A stretch of 61,698 nucleotides of DNA, filler included, from an uncultured Myxococcia bacterium (GTDB taxonomy: Bacteria; CAZTWC01): NCBI GenBank assembly GCA_964617105.1. It is 9 parts of 9 records of this genome, joined end to end, with 100 filler letters (N's around TTAATTAATTAA, not from the genome) between each part and the next. Parts side by side here need not be neighbours in the genome. Positions count along the whole stretch, not along the records: positions 55,057 to 61,698 come from CAZTWC010000216.1; 8 more parts are not named here. One strand, given 5' to 3'. The notes under the pieces were generated by a model. That model worked only from the letters and a program-made list of their open reading frames with translations, did no database searches and was not told the origin of the DNA. The position numbers were made by a program, and so were the translations under genes. Shown here piece after piece: positions 57,807-61,698 of the stretch (position 1 is the stretch's first letter; the number at the start of each line of letters is the position of its first letter).

Positions 57807-60281
57807 TTAGTAAACAGTGCCCATTTTGAAAAATTGGTCCGGCTCTGGAGTGCTCTTTTGAAAGGTATATTCTACCGGCTCCGAACCTTTCACAAAAGCC
57901 TCTACCACGTATTCTTCAGACTCTGGTAATGCCAATAGCCCTGTCTTTGGATCGATTCTGGTCATTATTACCCCTTCCGGTGGTTTGATTTTATCCTGGG
58001 GTTTATTTTGTAAACTGTTGCCCATATAGTCGATCCAAATGGGTAAAGCAGCCCGAGCACCAGTTTCGTAGCGACTTAAGGGGATTTGATAGATGTCATA
58101 CCCGGTCCATACTCCGGTGACCAGGTCTTTGGTAAAGCCCATAAACCAGGCATCAAAAGAATCGTTGGTGGTACCTGTTTTGCCTGCCACCGGTTTGCCG
58201 ATACTATTGGAGCGGGCTCCGGTTCCAACAGTAGCTACGCCTTCCAGGAGATGAGTAGTCAAATAGGCTATATTTTCATCCATAAGTTGCGGTCTTTTTG
58301 ACTGGATTTCTTTATATAGGTTCCCAATTTTTTCGGCAGCAGTTAATCTGAAGTTGTTGAAATGTAGGTTGTTTTCTAATACTTTTCCCTGCGGGCCAAC
58401 TATTTTTTCGATAAAATGTAAGGAGATATCTTTGCCTAACTGATTAAATACCCCATAAACCCGGGCTAATTCCCACAAGGTCAGACAGGAAGAGCCAAGA
58501 GCCAGCGATAGATCGGCGTTTAGTTTGCTGGTTATTCCCAGTTTGTGGGCAAATTTGACAGCAGTGGGGATAGTTACTTTTTGTAGAACTTTTATGGAGG
58601 GAATGTTCATAGAGTTAATTAGCGCATCCCGGAGAAAAACTTCACCGGCAAATTGATGGCCGTAATTAGAAGGGGTCCAACGGTGTTTGTTTTCTGGATC
58701 ATCGTATATAATCGGAGAATCCACTATAATTGAGGTAGGAGTTAAATCCGTATGCTGAAGTGCAGCGGCGTAAATTATCGGTTTCATGGCACTGCCTGGT
58801 TGGCGACAGGCCTGGGTTGCCCGGTTAAACTCACTTTTTTCAAAGTTATAGCCGCCCACCATGGCCTTGATTTTACTAGTATGTGGATCAAAGGAGAGGA
58901 GAGCACCTTGAACTCCTGGTTCTTGCTCTAATTTAAATAGCCGCGATCTTTTTGAAGTTTTCGGGATTATCCGGTGGTATTCAGGCAGGCTGTTTTTTTT
59001 TAGATCGGCGTTATCAGTTAAAGAAACTAAAATAACATCACCTTTTTTTAATACCCTGGTTACATCGCGGATCCGGGAACCCTCAAAGTGCAACTCCGGG
59101 TTTACCGGGCGGGCCCACCACATACCGGCTAAGGGTAAATTTCCCTCATAATGCCCAACCGTTACCAGGGCATATCTAATTTTAACGTTTTTTACCAAGC
59201 CGAAAAGGTATTTTGACTTTATAGGCTTCTTGGGGTTAACTTTTTTCAGCAGATCAATAAAGTTTTTCTGCTGGCCCGGAATGTTTGGAATAGATGCCAG
59301 GGGACCTCTGTATCCTTGCCTTTTATCCAACTGCAAGATTCCCTGTTGGAGGGCTTTTTGAGCAAATTTTTGTTTTTCCATATCCAGAGTGGTATAAACC
59401 GTCAGGCCGCCTTCATACAGGAGTTTTTCCCCATAAGTTTCTGCTATGTAGCGACGCACTGTTTCGCTGAAATAGGGAGCCATAGTTCTAAAGCGGTTTA
59501 TATCTGGCTTTAACTTTATACCTTTGGTTTTGGCAATGCTATATTCATCTGGGGATATGTATTTTTCTTCCAGCATGCGGGTTAAAACATAGAGTTGTCT
59601 TTCCCTGGCCTTCTGGCGATTGTTAAAAGGGGAATAGGAGGTGGGGGCTCTGGGTAATCCCGCTAACAGGGAGATTTCGGCCAAATCTAACTGGGCTAAA
59701 TTTTTACTGAAATACCGCACTGCTGCCCGGGCTATACCGTAGGCACCGTGTCCCAGGTAAATTTGATTGAGATAAAGAAAGAGAATATCTTTTTTGGAGA
59801 GATTTTTTTCAATTCTTCTGGCCAATATGGCTTCTTTTATTTTTCTAGAAAAGGTTCGCCTGGGACTCAAGAATGTTTTAGCCACCTGCTGGGTAATAGA
59901 ACTGCCTCCCTGGACAATAGAACCGGCCTGAATATTTTTAATTACAGCGCGGAGAATTCCCCATAGATTGATGCCAGAATGTTGAAAAAAACGACTATCT
60001 TCAGCGGCAATAAAGGCTTGTATAACTTTTGGGGGAATTTTAGTTAGGGGCATGAGCACCCGATCCTCAATAGCGAATTCAGCAATGGTTTGTAAGTCTT
60101 TATCTAATACTTTAGTGGTTAATTTAGGCTTAAATTGTGCCAGGGAGGATAGAGGGGGTAATTGATTGGCAAAATAGATATATAGAATAGTGCCCAGCAA
60201 AAATAAACTGCTAGCCAGAGAAATTAATGCGCAGAGAAAAATTTGTCCAGTTTTTTTTAAAATTCCGGGTTTTTCCACCAT
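57807..60281 (-). CDS. mrcA: Penicillin-binding protein 1A (start uncertain: 60281, 60308 or 60344)
   Basis: AAEDSRF, QGGSSITQQ, RKIKE, YLNQIYLG transglycosylase; QPGSAMKP, SMN, GKTGT transpeptidase; OB insert. Confidence 0.95.
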   Translation of the reverse strand: MVEKPGILKKTGQIFLCALISLASSLFLLGTILYIYFANQLPPLSSLAQFKPKLTTKVLDKDLQTIAEFAIEDRVLMPLTKIPPKVIQAFIAAEDSRFFQHSGINLWGILRAVIKNIQAGSIVQGGSSITQQVAKTFLSPRRTFSRKIKEAILARRIEKNLSKKDILFLYLNQIYLGHGAYGIARAAVRYFSKNLAQLDLAEISLLAGLPRAPTSYSPFNNRQKARERQLYVLTRMLEEKYISPDEYSIAKTKGIKLKPDINRFRTMAPYFSETVRRYIAETYGEKLLYEGGLTVYTTLDMEKQKFAQKALQQGILQLDKRQGYRGPLASIPNIPGQQKNFIDLLKKVNPKKPIKSKYLFGLVKNVKIRYALVTVGHYEGNLPLAGMWWARPVNPELHFEGSRIRDVTRVLKKGDVILVSLTDNADLKKNSLPEYHRIIPKTSKRSRLFKLEQEPGVQGALLSFDPHTSKIKAMVGGYNFEKSEFNRATQACRQPGSAMKPIIYAAALQHTDLTPTSIIVDSPIIYDDPENKHRWTPSNYGHQFAGEVFLRDALINSMNIPSIKVLQKVTIPTAVKFAHKLGITSKLNADLSLALGSSCLTLWELARVYGVFNQLGKDISLHFIEKIVGPQGKVLENNLHFNNFRLTAAEKIGNLYKEIQSKRPQLMDENIAYLTTHLLEGVATVGTGARSNSIGKPVAGKTGTTNDSFDAWFMGFTKDLVTGVWTGYDIYQIPLSRYETGARAALPIWIDYMGNSLQNKPQDKIKPPEGVIMTRIDPKTGLLALPESEEYVVEAFVKGSEPVEYTFQKSTPEPDQFFKMGTVY

Positions 60282-60368
60282 ATTTTTTATTGTCAATTTT
60301 GCACCCATTACATTAAATTTATCACTTAAAATAATAGGTGTCAAATAAGAGGATTAATACTTCCTTTT

Positions 60369-61394
60369 TTAGGCAGAGGAAGGAACTAAATTAGGTAATT
60401 GAAGTTGGACAGGTTTTTGTAGAGGCGATGAGTCAATATTAAATTTTTTCTTTATTATGGTTGAAAATTCGGTGGCCAGGGTGGAGAAAGTGTAAACCTT
60501 TTTTGGGCGGACTTGATCGATATATTTAAGTAAATCTTTGTATCCAGTATGTAATGAGAGAGAAAACTGGTAATCAAAGGTACTATTATTTGGTTGAAAA
60601 AGAGGATTCTGGGGTTCTGTCACCAGGATGGTGCCAATATTTTTTGCTTTTTGTAATATGGGAGAAGTTAGTAAATCGGCGGGTATAATGGATAGTTGTT
60701 GTAATGGGCCTTTAAAGGGATCAGAATAGTTTAACCGTTTGATATTTTTAAGAGGAATACCTGCTTTTTGATAGGCTCTACAATATTTATAAATAGACGG
60801 ATGCAGGCTAAAGGTAAAATCGAATTCTTGCCATGCTTTGATAATATTTTGACTTATTCCCAACCGATCAGATAATATTATGGGATATTTTCCGGCGCGT
60901 TGAAGTTTTTCAACTGCCTGTTTGATGTGACGGTAAATATCATTTCCCTGGCCAATTTTAAGTTTTGAAGAACCATTTGTAGAGTCGAGGATAAGAATGT
61001 CCACTTGTTTGGGGATATGCCCAGGCTTACAAGTTGGAGAAGGGGATAAATTAAGATGGCCGGTATATAAAAGGGTTTGCTCATTTTGAGAAAAGTTTAA
61101 TTGGGCCGAACCAGGTATATGGCCGGCAGGGAATAGTTCCACAGCATAGGAGCCCAGGTTGAAAGGGCGAAAATATGAGGCGGTCAGATGGCTTTGGTAA
61201 TAAGATGAAGGTTTTCCGCTTAACTGTAAAGTCATACTGGTAGTTAGTATTCTATTCCCCTTCAGTTTTTTAGTGAAATGCTGATGGGATAAAAAACAAA
61301 GATCGCCTTTGTGGTGGGTATCCAACCATAAAATTGTATCGCTAATATGCAGGCCCGAACTATATTTGATTTTTAATGAGTGATTTGATGGCAT
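60369..61394 (-). CDS. Degenerate MBL-fold / beta-CASP-like protein
   Basis: LWLD, FLSHQHF, PAGHIPGSAQ, LYTGHL, LILDST, LSLHTGY...V.PKKVYT: fold motifs in order, metal ligands substituted. Confidence 0.75.
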   Translation of the reverse strand: MPSNHSLKIKYSSGLHISDTILWLDTHHKGDLCFLSHQHFTKKLKGNRILTTSMTLQLSGKPSSYYQSHLTASYFRPFNLGSYAVELFPAGHIPGSAQLNFSQNEQTLLYTGHLNLSPSPTCKPGHIPKQVDILILDSTNGSSKLKIGQGNDIYRHIKQAVEKLQRAGKYPIILSDRLGISQNIIKAWQEFDFTFSLHPSIYKYCRAYQKAGIPLKNIKRLNYSDPFKGPLQQLSIIPADLLTSPILQKAKNIGTILVTEPQNPLFQPNNSTFDYQFSLSLHTGYKDLLKYIDQVRPKKVYTFSTLATEFSTIIKKKFNIDSSPLQKPVQLQLPNLVPSSA

Positions 61395-61698
61395 TATTAA
61401 ATATTCGATCCATTTTTTTGACTTGATTATCTAGTCAGAGTATACTTGATTTTAGAAAAGGTGACAATAATTCACTTATTTCGATTTAAAAATATCTGCA
61501 GATTTTTAAAATTCAATTAGCACCAGAAGTTTAGTTAGTGCCCGTCCAAGAATTCACTTCAACACCATGTGAATTTCTGGAAGGACATTGGTTAACAGAC
61601 AAATTATGGCAAAAATTTTAACTTTAAGTCAGTGATTGACTAAATGCCGTTGCTGATTTTTAGTGTCTGGTTCAAGGACAGATGTTGCTTGACCAGTT

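Noticed and set aside
355-61084. Numerous short ORFs antisense to or nested in long genes (e.g. 355-849, 3195-3566, 16112-16552, 26179-26760, 38764-39177)
   Set aside because: Shadow ORFs of well-supported genes, with no recognisable motifs.
1-61698. CRISPR array, integrase, transposase or prophage
   Set aside because: No regularly spaced direct repeats and no cas, integrase, transposase or phage structural ORFs recognised.
61395-61698. Short palindromes (ATCTGCAGAT; AATTCAC...GTGAATT; AGTCA...TGACT) in the terminal intergenic region
   Set aside because: Too short in AT-rich DNA to distinguish from chance, and the downstream context is missing.

Overview
This window is not one locus. It holds nine bacterial contigs of about 6.6-6.9 kb, in decreasing length order, joined by artificial 100-bp linkers (44 N + TTAATTAATTAA + 44 N), so gene neighbourhood is meaningful only within a contig. 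Gene content points to a moderately AT-rich deltaproteobacterial-type organism with several myxobacterial/bdellovibrio-like families (inference). Contents by contig: (1) Tad/Flp pilus operon with two pilins, a prepilin peptidase, two TadE, a mosaic TadG-like gene and cpaB; (2) partial accC, hybrid kinase, a stand-alone dpdA DNA 7-deazaguanine transglycosylase, DUF2752, tRNA-Lys, MATE, partial tlyA; (3) K+ channel, ftsK, IMPase / B12 radical SAM / carbamate kinase; (4) icmF, M20 hydrolase, secreted Ig-domain protein; (5) short family A polymerase, argH, argG, TPR-SLT; (6) polysaccharide genes; (7) clpP-clpX-lon-ruvX-mltG-barrel; (8) split transketolase, wHTH regulator, a GGA-rich non-coding stretch, AAA ATPase, DHS-like protein, Fe-ADH; (9) 5S rRNA, palindromic repeat, two MBL-fold proteins, PBP1A. 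The best leads are the orphan dpdA, a candidate CsrB/Rsm-like RNA at 51760-52080, and the Tad locus with an apparently swapped tip-pilin core. Family calls come from motif recognition by eye; no database search was run.
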